DNA of 64,000 nt, taken from positions 1-64,000 of the forward strand of contig NW_003314346.1 of assembly GCF_000143415.4 (NCBI RefSeq), given 5' to 3'. Positions 1 through 12,700 of this stretch are shown piece by piece. Positions within the stretch are counted from its first letter, which is position 1. The number at the start of each line of letters is the position of its first letter. The position numbers were made by a program, and so were the translations under genes. The notes beneath the pieces are model-generated. The model worked only from the letters and a program-made list of their open reading frames with translations, did not search any database and was not told the origin of the DNA. The stretch is from Selaginella moellendorffii (lineage: Eukaryota > Plantae > Lycopodiophyta).

Positions 1-3000
1 TTCTATACGTCGAGTCAATAGGTATCAAACAGTTGAAAACATAGGATGCACCATCCAACAAAATCAATAGCAATTATATCATCAAGTAAACGCAATGATA
101 AAACTTAACTACCGAAGATAGCAGACAGTAAGCCAACAACTTACGAGAGAGAACTCAAAGAACACAAAGTATCATTGACTAACAAGCACAATGCTCGCGA
201 ATGTATCACCCAAAGGAAATAACATCCAAATCTATCAAAACTAACTCGAGCAATAATCAACAGAAGAGAATGAATGTGGGAAGACCAACAAACACTCATG
301 CCTGTTAACTATCACAAAAGCCAATCTGAATAGATCCCAGCCAACAATACCAAGGAACTCAAGTTGCCTAAGCAAGTGTTAGCAACATCCTACTGATGTC
401 TTAAACCCAAGAGACCAATCCAGAGCAAACCACAAAGAACATGTGGTATTGCAAAAAGCCAAAAGCCATCAAAGAGAACAACCAACTATCATGAAAGATC
501 GTCAATTAGCCCATCAATGTAGTGATGTATAATCATTGTTGAAGAAATAATCTACCATCCCGAAGAATAGCAAATAATTCCAAACCAACAATAATCAAGC
601 AAAACTTGTGATAAGGACAATCAACTACCCTAGATGATAGTCAATCATCACCAATGATTGCCAGATGCAAAAACTAACTTCAATCGAAGCTAATGAGCCA
701 AAATGCCTTCCCCCAACAACTTCAAACAAATGGAACAATGAGCACAAAACTCAAGAACCAAAAGCTCGAAGAAGCCTATAACTAAGTCTTGCCTAATAAT
801 GATCACGAGTCTCATAGAAGCTAACTTCAATGCTAAAGAAGAAATCATGGTGCAACCCACAATATCTTCCTCAACACATCCATAAGCCAAACTTCATAAT
901 GCCAAAGCTAATGAAGAGCATTTCTGCATCAATCCAAAAGCTAAGCATAACAAAGCTATGTTTAACAAGTGATCATCAAACGATCCTCCATGAATCCATC
1001 TATAGCAAGACGTAACTCACTTCATAACAAGCTCAAAAAGAATCATTAATGATTGCTATATTCCGAACTCAAATCTAGCAAGGACTCAACATTCTAATAT
1101 CGATCACTAACTCTTCTTCTCGTAGAGTTAGCATAGTCCACGACTAAATCACTTTTCAAGGAAAAGCTAAAGCTCAACCCTCTACTAAATAATCTCGTCT
1201 AGAACACAACTAACTCAACTTGCCACTCAGTTCGTTTGAACGTCAACACAGTTGCTAACTAGCAAATGCACGAATGCCAACAACACAAAGCTATAGCCAA
1301 ATCATCAACACTATATTCATCAAGACTAATGAAACTCAATATCAATCCTTGGAAGGATATCTCATTTCACTCAAATCTCAATGTCAACAACATCAATGAC
1401 AAGGCATCACTTTAATGCCATCAACATCAGGACAAAGCTAGAAGAAAGCAAGAGTGAATCACCACTTGGAGCTTTCCAGCAACCAAGCTAACCAAAGTCG
1501 AAGATACTATACTTAGTATCGGAGACCAATCCTCTAACAATACTCAGTTACAGAGAACACATCATCAAGGAGTGATTCACCACGTCCAAGACTCAATGAA
1601 ATCCAACACTACGGACTAAATGTAACCAAATGATATCAACAGAGGTAAAGTCGACATGCCAACATGGAAAACCATGCAAGTCCAACAACACGATCCTCCG
1701 CAACACCATCCGGTCAAGCAAGCCCACCACTGCTAAATCATCATCGAGCAAAGCAAGTGTCAACGGTCTTTTTGACAAAGTCTACAAGTAATCACTAGTC
1801 GCAAATCAACTAACAATCGCCCTTCAACTTGCCTTCACAAGACCCGAACACTAACTCATGTCATCGAGTTACATACTTGTCCAACATGAACATAATACCC
1901 CAGGTACGAGATAAAAGTTCATAGACAAGCACAAACTAAATGACCACTCGAATCCAACTCAACCGCAATAAGCTCACTAATGCATTTAGTCAATAGCTCT
2001 GAGCATGCCTTGAAGAGGCTAGCTATGTGATCAACACTCAGTCGAAACTAAAGTGAAGACCATGAGATGGACTCATATCGGTACACAACCTCCTCATAGA
2101 CAAAGCTATAGTACGGGTACCAACACCGCAAACTCAAACAACTAAATTGGACATCACCATCCTCAGCCAAGGTGCAGGGCCACCAAGACCAAGTCAAGAT
2201 CAGTGAGAGCTCACTACTCTCGTAGAGTCTAACGTAATGCGAGGTGCAACCTGCCACCAAGCACAACGCTACAAAAGAAAGGCACAAGGGTCACCTTTCT
2301 TAGAAAAGCGCAACAGCCACTTTTCTATACCAACTCTAGACTCTATCCAATTTAATTGCCTTAGCCCCAAAAGTTAGCATCCCTTTCGGGCCGTATCATA
2401 CAAACTACCTACTAAGATCTAAGCCAACCGAAGTCAACTCCAACCCCTTCACTAGTTTGTACTGGCTTTCAAAAATGGAATGGTTTTCGAGCAAAGTGAC
2501 CAACAGATCAGCCATTGGAGAAGTCTAAGAAAATTTGTGGAAAATTTCCATCCTAGAGAAGGAATGACTCTCAGCCTAGGATTGCAAACTTTCAAGACTC
2601 AACCAACTTCCTCCTACTAACAACTCCACATAGGTTCACCTCAAAAAAAAATTCTCATGATCCAAAAATATGCTTAAGCATCAAACATCTTTGCCCATCT
2701 AACCGATATCCAACACCGTCATCCGCAAAGTGCAAAATGAACATCCAAGGCTTGATCACTAAGACCACATCTTCGGATATCCACATTGCACTAACACTCT
2801 TCTTCAATCACCTTCAAGATCCAATGTGAAGCCAAAACACTAACAAGATAAATGACATGAAAAATCAAGGTCCAAGGAAAATTCCTCATCACTTGAAATA
2901 ACAATGCCACTTCCACTAACACAAGTGCTAGTGATGTCAATGCCCCAACTACACACCTTCTCCATCCAATAATTTATTCCAAGTGCTAATGGATCAACCG

Positions 3001-3020
3001 ATGAGCTATAACAAATGAAA
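1..3020 (-). mobile_element. Partial internal region of non-autonomous LARD (family B, subtype beta)
   Basis: Reverse complement of part of the internal region at 3073-8060 and near-identical to part of 26594-30870; no long ORF; starts before the window edge. Confidence 0.85.
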
Positions 3021-3073
3021 GCAATTGCCCCTTTTCCAGTTGGCTTAAGGGGAGAGAGATAAGGTGCGCTACA
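3021..3073 (+). repeat. 3' end of TRIM LTR standing in the 5' LTR position of a LARD
   Basis: Reverse complement of the 20209 end of the TRIM LTR; ends GTGCGCTACA and is followed by TTTGGTATCAGAG (PBS). Confidence 0.85.
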
Positions 3074-6000
3074 TTTGGTATCAGAGAATGAGTCTCAGCG
3101 AATACTATTCAATGAGATTGGGCAACTAGTCTTGTTGCATACGCAGAGATGAAAACGATGATCCGAGTGGGTACACGTTTGGGTGCAAAGGCTTCGCAAT
3201 TGGTTCCTTGGGTATGGATATTGTTACCTTGTTGTACCTTATGATGTGAGCTTGCGCTTGGGCTCATAGGATGGTTTGGAGATGTTCCGTTTGCACGAGT
3301 TTGAGCTTGAGCTCGTGAGTGAGGCACATTAGCAACTCGAGGTTACACTTTGAGTTGGCAGGATTAATGTTAGCCTATCGTTGGTTCCATGAGTTGTTCC
3401 ATGTACCATGGGTGAAAGCAAACCTCCCTGGGTTTGCTATGAGTGGCAAATAGGCTGGTCCGTAGCTGTTTAGCACGGCACTAGTGGATCCTTCCTAGGC
3501 GTGATTATAAGTGGATCAATCAAGACTATAGGGATTAGTCTATTGGTTCAAGTAATCATGGCCGTGCTCTCTCATAAACTTTTCTTGGATTGAACTGAAG
3601 GCAGTGCGAAAGCAAGCTTGAGGTTTGGTCAAAGATGAGACCGAAAAGAGAGTCATCAGGGACGAAGGATCAAATACGTAAATCATTTTCTCTTCTTGGA
3701 GAGATGATTTGCAACGAGGTGTTAACTCATTGCTTGTGTTCACATCATGCAATCAAGAGTCCCTATCTTGACGCATGTTGGAGATGGTGGTCTTACAATG
3801 GTGAGTTGTGGGATGGATAGTGGTGAAATGCTAACCATTTTGTCTAAGCTTGCTATTGGAAGACTTGGGTTGCAATGCTCAATTCTTTTCCGGGGAACCT
3901 TGCTGTTGCTCCTTGAGTAGCTTGGTGTTGGATTAGTGTTGAGTTTGGTCGGAAAGAGAGTGGCATGAGCTTGTCCGTGTTGTGAACAAAAGTTAGTGGT
4001 GTTGGGTGTCGTAAACCTCTATTGGTGGAGTGTGGCATTTATGTTGCATTTTGTCGAATCGAGTTGGCATTTGATACTCACATAAACGTTTGAAGTAATG
4101 ACATAGGCATTGCTCATTGTGTTACTCAATTGATGATCAAGTCATTGTGATGCTTATATCATATCCATGTGATAAAGAGCAATGTGTTTACGAAGTTGCT
4201 TGGGTAAATGATGATCAACCCCAAAGTGGTTGATGGAGAAGCTAGTCTACTTGCACGAAGTAGCATTGTAGTAGCCTTGACTGGATTCTCAATGATGGTC
4301 CATTATGCTAAGCTTATGTTGGTACCTTGTTTCCTTGAGGGTTTGCCCATAAGGTGTTGGAAAAGGGTTATAGCATTCATTTGTTATAGCTCATCGGTTG
4401 ATCCATTAGCACTTGGAATAAATTATTGGATGGAGAAGGTGTGTAGTTGGGGCATTGACATCACTAGCACTTGTGTTAGTGGAAGTGGCATTGTTATTTC
4501 AAGTGATGAGGAATTTTCCTTGGACCTTGATTTTTCATGTCATTTATCTTGTTAGTGTTTTGGCTTCACATTGGATCTTGAAGGTGATTGAAGAAGAGTG
4601 TTAGTGCAATATGGATATCCGAAGATGTGGTTTTAGTGATCAAGCCTTGGATGTTCATTTTGCAGTTTGCGGATGTCGGTGTTGGATATCGGTTAGATGG
4701 GCAAAGATGTTCGATGCTTAAGCATATTTTTGGATCATGAGAATTTTTGTTGAGGTGAACCTATGTGGGGTTGTTAGTAGGAGGAAGTTGGTTGAGTCTT
4801 GAAAGTTTGCATTCCTGGACTGAGAGTTATTCTTTCCCTAGGATGGAAAATTTTCCATAAATTTTCTTAGACTTTTCCAATGGCTGATCTATTGATCACT
4901 TTGCTCGAAAACCATTCCATTTTCGAAAGCCAGTACAAACTGTTGAAGGGGTTGGAGTTGGCTTCGGTTGGCTTAAACCTTAGTAGATAGTTTGTATGAT
5001 GCAGCCTGAAAGGGATGCTAACTTTTGGGGCTAAGGCAATTGAGTTGGATAGAGTCTGGAGTTGGTGTAGAAAAGTGGTTGTTGCACTTTTCTCAGAAAG
5101 GTGACCCTTGTACCTTTCTTTTGTAGCGTTATGCTTGGTGGCAGGTTGCACCTTGCATTACGTTAGACTCTATGAGAGTAGTGAGCTCTCACTGATCTTG
5201 ACTTGGTCTTGGTGGCCCTGCGCCTTGGCTGAGGATGGTGATGTCCAACTTAGTTGTTTGCAAGCTGAGATGTTGGTACCCGTACTATAGCTTTGTCTAT
5301 GAGGAGGTTGTGTACCGATATGAGTCCATCTCATGGTCTTCACTTTAGTTTCGACTGAGTGTTGATCACATAGCTAGCCTCTTCAAGGCATGCTCAGAGC
5401 TATTGACTAAATGCATTGGTGAGCTTATTGCGGTTGAGTTGGATTCGAGTGGTCATTTAGTTTGTGCTTGTCCATGAACTTTTATCTCATGTTTGAAGTA
5501 TTATGTTTATGCTAGATAAGTATATAACTTGATGACAAGAGTTGGTGTTTGGGTCTTGTGAAGGCAAGTTGAGGGGTGATTGTTAGTTGCTTTGCGACTA
5601 GTGATTACTTGTAGACTTTGTCAAAAAGACTGTTGATACTTGCTTTGCTCGATGATGATTTAGCAGTGATGGGCTTGATTTACTGGATGGTGTTGCGGAG
5701 GATTGTGTCATTAGGCTGACATGGTTTTTCCATGGTGGCATGTCAATTCCTTTGTCGATATCATTTGGTTACATTTGGTCTATAGTGTTGGATTTCATTG
5801 AGTCTTGGATGTGGTGATTCACTCCTTGATGATGTGTTATCTGTCACTGAGTTTTGCTAACGGATTGGTCTCGGATACTAAGTATAGTATCTTCGACTTT
5901 GGTTAGCTTGGTTGCTGGAAAGCTCCGAGTGGTGATTCACTCTTGCTTTCTTCTAGCTTTGTCCTGATGTTGATGGCATTGAAGTGATGCTTTGTCGTTG

Positions 6001-8543
6001 ACATTGTTGATATTGAGACTTGAGTGAAATGAGCTATCCTTCTAAGGATTGATATTGAGTTTCATTAGTCTTGATGAATATAGTGTTGATGATTTGGCTA
6101 TAAATTTATGTTGTTGGCATTCGTGCATTTGCTAGTTAGCAACTGTGTTGACGTTCAAACAAACTGAGTGGCAAGTTGAGTTAGTAGTGTTCTAGACGAG
6201 ATTATTTAGTAGAGGATTGAGCTTTAGCTTTTCCTTGAAAGGTAATTTAGTCGTGGACAATGCTACCTCTATGAGAGGAAGAGTTAGTGATTGGCATTGA
6301 AGTGATTAAATCCTTCTTGGATTTCAATTGAGATATATCAATCATTAATGATTTTTCTTGTGCTTGTTATGAAGTGAGTTACGTCTTGCTATAGATGGAT
6401 TCATGGAGGATCATTTAGTGATCACTTGTTGAGCATAGCTCCATTGTGCTTAGCTTTTGGATTGATGCAGAAATGCTCTTCATTAGCTTTGGCATTATGA
6501 AGTTTGGCTTATGAATGTGTTGAAGAAGACATTGTGGGTTGCACCATGATTTCTTCTTTAGCATTGAAGTTAGCTTCTATGAGACTCGTGATCATTATTA
6601 AGCAAGACTTAGCTATAGGCTTCTTCGAGCTTTGGTTCTTTGAGTTTTATGCTCATTGTTCCATTTGTTAAAAGTTGTTGGGGAAGGCATTTTTTGGCTC
6701 TTTAGCTTTGATGTTGAAGTTAGTATTTGCATCTAGCAATCATTGGTGATGATTGACTATCATCTAGGATAATTGATTATCCATGTCAAAAAGTTTTGCT
6801 TGATTATTGTTGGTATAGAATGGTTTGCCGTTCTTCGGGATGGTGGATTCCTTCTTAAACGATGATTATGCATCTCTTTATTGATGGAATGATTGATGAT
6901 CTTTCATGATGGTTAGTTGTTCTCTTTGATAGCTTATGCCTTTTCGCAATACCACATATTCTTTGTGGTTTGCCTGGATTGGTCTCTTGGGTTTGAGACG
7001 TCAGTAGGATGTTGCTGACACTTGCTTAGGCAACTTGAGTTCCTTGGTATTGTTGGCTGGGATCTATTCAGATTGGCTTTTGTGATAGTTGGCAGGAATG
7101 AGTGTTTGTTGGTCTTACCACATTCATTTTCTTCTGTTGATTGTTGCTCGAGTTAGTTTTGATAGATTTGGATGTTATTTCCTTTAGGTGATACATTCGC
7201 GAGCATTGTGCTTGTTAGTCAATGATACTTTGTGTTCTTTGAGTTCTCTCTAGTAAGTTGTTGGCTTACTGTCTACTATCTTCGATAGTTAAGTTTCATC
7301 ATTGAGTTTCCTTAATGATATACTAGCTATTGAATTTTGTTGGATGGTCATTCCTGTGTTTGCCAAATTATGATAATCTGTTGGTGGTTCCTATCTACAA
7401 TACTACTGGTTTATCGGATGATAACTTGCTTAGAATACTTTTGTGTTCTACTCTAAGATATAATCACTAGTAATTAAGCTTCTCAGATATCATTGTCTCT
7501 GACTTTGATATTGTCCATCTATTGCTCTTTGAGTTTGGGCCAGTATAGGCAGACTGGCTTCGGCACTTCGTGTGCATGGTGAAATCTCTAGTCATGGGGT
7601 AGCTACTGTCGACTGGTCACATAACCCGCCTCTCTGTCGATGTTCTTTATTTCGTTGAAAGGGCGTGACCGTGTAAACAACTCTAAACTGCCTGTTGACA
7701 GTAGTCTATCTAAACCTTACCGACGGGTTTGGTTTCTTTGCTCAGGAGGGTTGGGGCCTCTGGCTTCTCTCTCTATGTCCCTGCGGGCAGGGCATATCAC
7801 ACTTTTGTAAGCTGGGTGACTCCCAGAGCAGCAGGGGTGGCTGACTCCGTTGGTCATTTCCTTGTCGGCGACGGCCGGAAGGTGTCTGAGCTGGTAGCGC
7901 ATCCGCGTTAGACAAAGAGGTTGCCCCCTAACTCATTTAAGTTGGTGCATTTCTCACATAGTGTGAGTACCGTGAACTTTTTATGGAGTTGTTTCCTTGG
8001 CGGTATTCTAGACTGGAGTATGCATCGACGAGGACGTCGATCTTCCCAAGGGGGGGAGAGTGTCGCGCATGTGACTTCGGGTATCAAAAGTTACCTATCG
8101 GCTAGTCCTTACGGACACTCTTACCTTACTGCCACGATGGCAGGAGGTCGGTATTGCTGGACCCGTTATCAGTTTCCACCTAAGCTAGTTGAGAAACTAG
8201 TCATCACATGTGCACTTAGACCGGAAGGGCACTAAGGAAGGAAATCCTAAGTTGTCATTTAGTCAAGCAGAAGTGACACGGTGATGAGAAACTCATGATG
8301 TTGGCTTGCACTTGCTAGTGTTAGGAACCCCCGCGATATTGAGATTGGTCCCTCAATATTCGCTAGATGATAGCTTACCGTGTCTGCCAAACACCCTCGC
8401 TATCATGCCCTTTGTGTTAGTCTCATTTTGGTCCCAAATGCTATTTATGGAAAGTGTCCAGATTTGCTCATTTGGCATATCTACGGAATGTAGAGATCGG
8501 CCTGAACACAATGGTGTTCGTCCCGTGTCCAAATTCACAATCT
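3074..8543 (+). mobile_element. LARD (family B): PBS, ~5 kb non-coding internal region, PPT, truncated 3' LTR (8061-8543)
   Basis: PBS TGGTATCAGAG at ~3076; PPT AAGGGGGGGAGAG ending 8060; LTR starts TGTCGCGCA at 8061; leader and last ~500 bp are homologous to element B. Confidence 0.88.
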
Positions 8544-8614
8544 CCGAGATGTCGTAGGCTAAAGGATCCCCAAAAGCTTGACCGAAGTGACAAAGAGTTC
8601 ATCGGATGGGACCA

Positions 8615-8882
8615 AGTCGAGGATCGAGTCCAAGACCGACTCTAGGACCGAGTTCGAGATAGAGTCCGGAATCGAGTCCGAGACCGACTCGGGGACCGAG
8701 TTCGAGTCCGAGTTCGAGACCGAGTTCGAGACGGAGTCCGAGATCCGAAATCGGGTCCAAGACCGAGTCCGAGGTCGAGTCCGAGGTCGGGTCCGAGATC
8801 GGGTCCGAGATCGAGTCCGTGATCGAGTCCGAACCCGAATCCGAAGTCGGATCCGAAATCGGGTCCGAGATCGAGCCAGAGA
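8615..8882 (+). repeat. CpG-rich hexamer-based (CCGAGT/CCGAGA) array in LTR A; second copy ~14998-15265
   Basis: Visible degenerate 6/12-mer periodicity. Confidence 0.85.
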
Positions 8883-8909
8883 CTAAGTCCAAATACTAAT
8901 ACGGGTCAA

Positions 8910-8985
8910 GGGGTGAAAGCCCAAAGCGTGCGTCTCCCAGGGGGGGGGGGCTGCAGGGGGTTCCAAAAGTATAGTAGGGATAGTG
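8910..8985 (+). promoter_or_regulatory. Shared ~76-bp LTR promoter module ending TATAGTAGGGATAGTG
   Basis: Same module in LTRs of families A, B and C and at 52927-53003. Confidence 0.75.
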
Positions 8986-9733
8986 AGGTCCAGGAACCAG
9001 TTTTGAAGGGACTCTCCAGTTGGGCTTCCAAGCCGACTTGAGGTTGGGACTGGGACCGAGGGGCCTTGGGTGGGAGTGAGCATGGACTTGGCTGGTGCCG
9101 GAGGGGCCATCCAAGGAAGTGCTCAAGAGCAGCTCCCACTCCCGAAAGGGAAACCGATTGCAGTGCTCCCGGCTCATGTGGAGTGGTGCCCCACTTGAGT
9201 ACCATGCGGCTCATTGGTCCTCGCCCTTCCTAGGGGCTTGGGCCTTCCTTCGGGATGGAAGTGGGGGGCGAGAGGTACCCATACCGGGCCGCTAGGCCAC
9301 GGTGTTTCGCCCCGGCGTCCCGAAGCAAGCGTTGCACTCAAGACTTGGGATTTAGAGGGTCCCGTGATCAAGTCTTGTGGTACCAAGGGATGTTAGGAAC
9401 CTGGAAGCTTGGTGTGCTTGGCTGCTTGTGCTTGCGGGGAGTGTAGCCGAACCTTAAGTCCAGTCTAACCCGGGGAGGGGGATTGGGAGTGATTTGGGAA
9501 TCCATGGAAGGATGGCTAACACTCCGTTGCTCGTGCAGTGAGTAGCTGAAACCAAGTAGGAGCTGGTACCATAGGCGAGAACCTTGGCGAGGGAACTTAG
9601 CAAAAGCCAAGGCAGTGTTGGACGGATAGGCGAGGTAAGCTGGCAAAGTGGAAAGGAAAAATTTGTGGCTTACAATTTGGTATCGGAGCCTTCTCCTCAG
9701 TTCTAGCGAAGGATAGAGGCGGATTGCTGGGAG

Positions 9734-12700
9734 ATGGCAAGGGCAGGGCGTAAGCGAACCCAGGCGGAGACAGAACCTCCGCCAGAGCTGGAGCCTCCGG
9801 TCGAACAAGAGGCTATGGATGAGGAATCCTTGCATGAGGAGGACTCTAGTGAGGAAACTTCCAAATAGGAGTCCGGTGGCGAGGTTCGGTCGTCCAAGGC
9901 TCGATTGGACGTTCTAGAAGGTCAATTGGCGCAGACCAATGCCCTGCTGGAGACTCTCGTACGCAAGCTAAAGCGTGATGAGAAACGGAAGAAAAGGCGA
10001 AAGACTGCGGATGCTGGCAGCGCAGAAGGTGCGGACCCTTCGGCAGGGACTGAGGCAAAACCAGACAAGGTCGAACAGACCGAAGTGGAATCAGTCCCTC
10101 AGGCAGTTCCCAAGTACAAACCAAAGCCCCCACCGGTGTTCAAGGGAGTGAACGACTATAAGGTTGTGGAGGATTGGTTTTACGATATGGAGGACTACTT
10201 CCGAGCGTTACGGTTACCGAGCTCGGAGAAGGTCCCATGTGCAAAACCATACTTGGCAGATAATGCCAAGTCTTGGTGGAGAACAACGGAGGCCAACGAA
10301 GGACCGGTGGCCACCTGGGACATGATGAAGGCGAGGATCCGCGCGACATACGTTCCTCCGAATGCCACTCTGCATCTGAGAGATGAGCTGAGTAGGCTGA
10401 AGCAGACTGGAACCATCCAGGAATATGTGAATGGGTTCATGGCAAAGAGGATACTTGTCACGGACATGGGGGATATGGATGCGTTCCATGCCTTTATATC
10501 AGGTTTGCAAACCTGGGCTCGCGGTGAGGTGATGCGCTGGAACCCGACCAACTACAAGGAAGCGTTGGATGCGGCCATCAAGGTGCATTTCAACGATAAC
10601 CTGCGAAAGGGGAACACGACGGGGTCGGGATCCACGTTTCACAAAGGGGCCAAACCGAGGGGAACATATAGCAGGGGGAAATTCAAGAAGAGTTTCTCTA
10701 AGAATGAGTCCTCGGGATTTCGGAAAGGCAAATCCGGTGGCCAGCGAGCAAGTACGTGGGGGAGTCAAGCGAAAAGAGACAAACCCACGGATAAGAAGGT
10801 CAAGTCATATAGCAGCGTGGGAAACAACGTATGCTATAACTGCGGTGAAGCGGGACACTTTTCGAGGGAATGTCCCTACCCGAAGAAGGCCAGAGCCAAT
10901 ATGGCCATCAAGTCGGGCGAAGTCCAAAATGAGGTATGTGATCCAGTCCCTGACTCAAAGTTACTCATTACACGAGCAACTTTGGTAGAGAGTCGTTCGC
11001 GACATCTACTAGCCCTCCGAGGGAAGCTCGGAGGTAGCTTTGTTAAGATCCTTATTGACACGGGTGCTTCGGATAATTTTGTGGCTGCAGACATAGTCCG
11101 GCAAGCCGGACTAACGGTGCAGCGGCTAGGCGAACCAAGGACTATAGAGTTTGTTCAAGGTAGCCAAAGCACCGATGAGGTACTTCGACAAGCGAAAGTC
11201 GAAGTAGGGACATGGAAGGTAGACATGGATTTCACCGTGTTGGACATGGCGGGATTTGACGTGATCTTCGGAATGGATTGGTTCAATCGGTTCGTGGTAG
11301 CCCTACATGGACAAGGTAGGAACCTTGTGGTACTGGCAAATGCCCAAGGAAGAAGATCTAGGGTGGAAGCCCAGGATCTAAAGGTAGGGCAAAGCAAGGC
11401 CAAAGAATCTTGCTTAAACCTGGTGTCCACGAGAGGACAACTCACTAAAGGAACTAAGGCAGCCTTTTTGTGCTTACTCTCGGTGAAGAGTGACAAAAAG
11501 ACAAGAACGGAAGAAGTGCCTTTAGTGATCCAGCGGGTGTTGGACCAATTCCAGGATACCATGCCGGAGGAGCTACCGGCGGGGCTGCCCCCAGCACGAC
11601 CGATAGAACATAAGATTGAGCTGGTCGAGGGTGCTGAGGCAGTGGTTCGTCCCCCTTATCGTTTGAACGAAAAAGAACTCAAGGAGCTCAAGTGCCAACT
11701 AGAGGAGTTGGTGGACAAAGGGTATGTTAGGTTGAGCAAGTCGCCGTATGGGGCGCCGGTGTTATTTGTGAAAAAGAAAGATGGATCTATGCGCATGTGC
11801 ATAGACTACCGCTTGCTCAACAAGTATACAAAGAAGAACAAGTACCCTTTGCCAAGGATTGAGGACCTGTTCGATAGGTTGGGAAAGGCAAAATACTTCT
11901 CGAGGATTGACCTAAGGTCAGGATACTACCAGATCAGGGTAGCCGAGGAAGATGTCGAGAAGACAACCTGTCGAACGAGGTATGGGAGCTTTGAGTTTCT
12001 AGTGATGCCCTTCGGGCTATGTAATGCGCCGGCAACGTTTTCGGCGCTAATGAACCACGTCTTTGTACCCTATCTGGATCACTTCGTGGTCGTCTATATC
12101 GACGACATCCTGATCTATAGCGAGACGCTAGAAGAGCATGCCGAACACTTGGCGAAGGTGTTTGAGAAACTAAGGGAACACAAGCTGTATGCTAAAGAGA
12201 GCAAATGTGACTTTGCTCAACAAGAGGTAAAGTTTCTCGGGCATGTGGTGGGCCAGGACGGGCTCAAGGTGGACCCGGAGAAGGTCCAAGCGATCCAGGA
12301 ATGGGAGCGACCATCGAATGTACATGAGTTGAGGGCGTTCCTGGGGCTATGCAACTACTATCGAAAGTTTATCAGACACTATTCAAGAGTAGCCCTGCCC
12401 TTAACGGACCAAACAGGAAAAGGGAAGATGGTATGGACAGCAGAATGCGAGGCGGCATTCGTCCACCTCAAAGGGAAGTTGAGAAAGGCTCCCGTATTGG
12501 CATTGCCAGACTTTGGTAAGGACTTTGAGGTAGAAATGGATGCTTCGGACTTTGCGTTGGGCGCAGTTCTGAAGCAAGACAACCATCCGGTAGCGTTCTT
12601 CTCGAAGAAGCTGGACAAGGCTCAACGGAAGTGGCCTGCCCATGAGAAGGAATTGTTTGCGGTAGTCAAGGCACTCAAGGAGTGGCGACACTACCTTGGG

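Larger units (their letters stand above)
8544..9674 (+). repeat. 5' LTR of element A
   Basis: Direct repeat of 14927-16058; ends CTTACA before the PBS. Confidence 0.95.

Noticed and set aside
8278-8300. Hammerhead-like TGATGAG..CTC in LTR B
   Set aside because: Lacks the CUGA start and the GAAA core
10934-10988. Possible intron between gag and protease (GTATGT donor)
   Set aside because: The frame is open without splicing and no convincing in-frame acceptor exists
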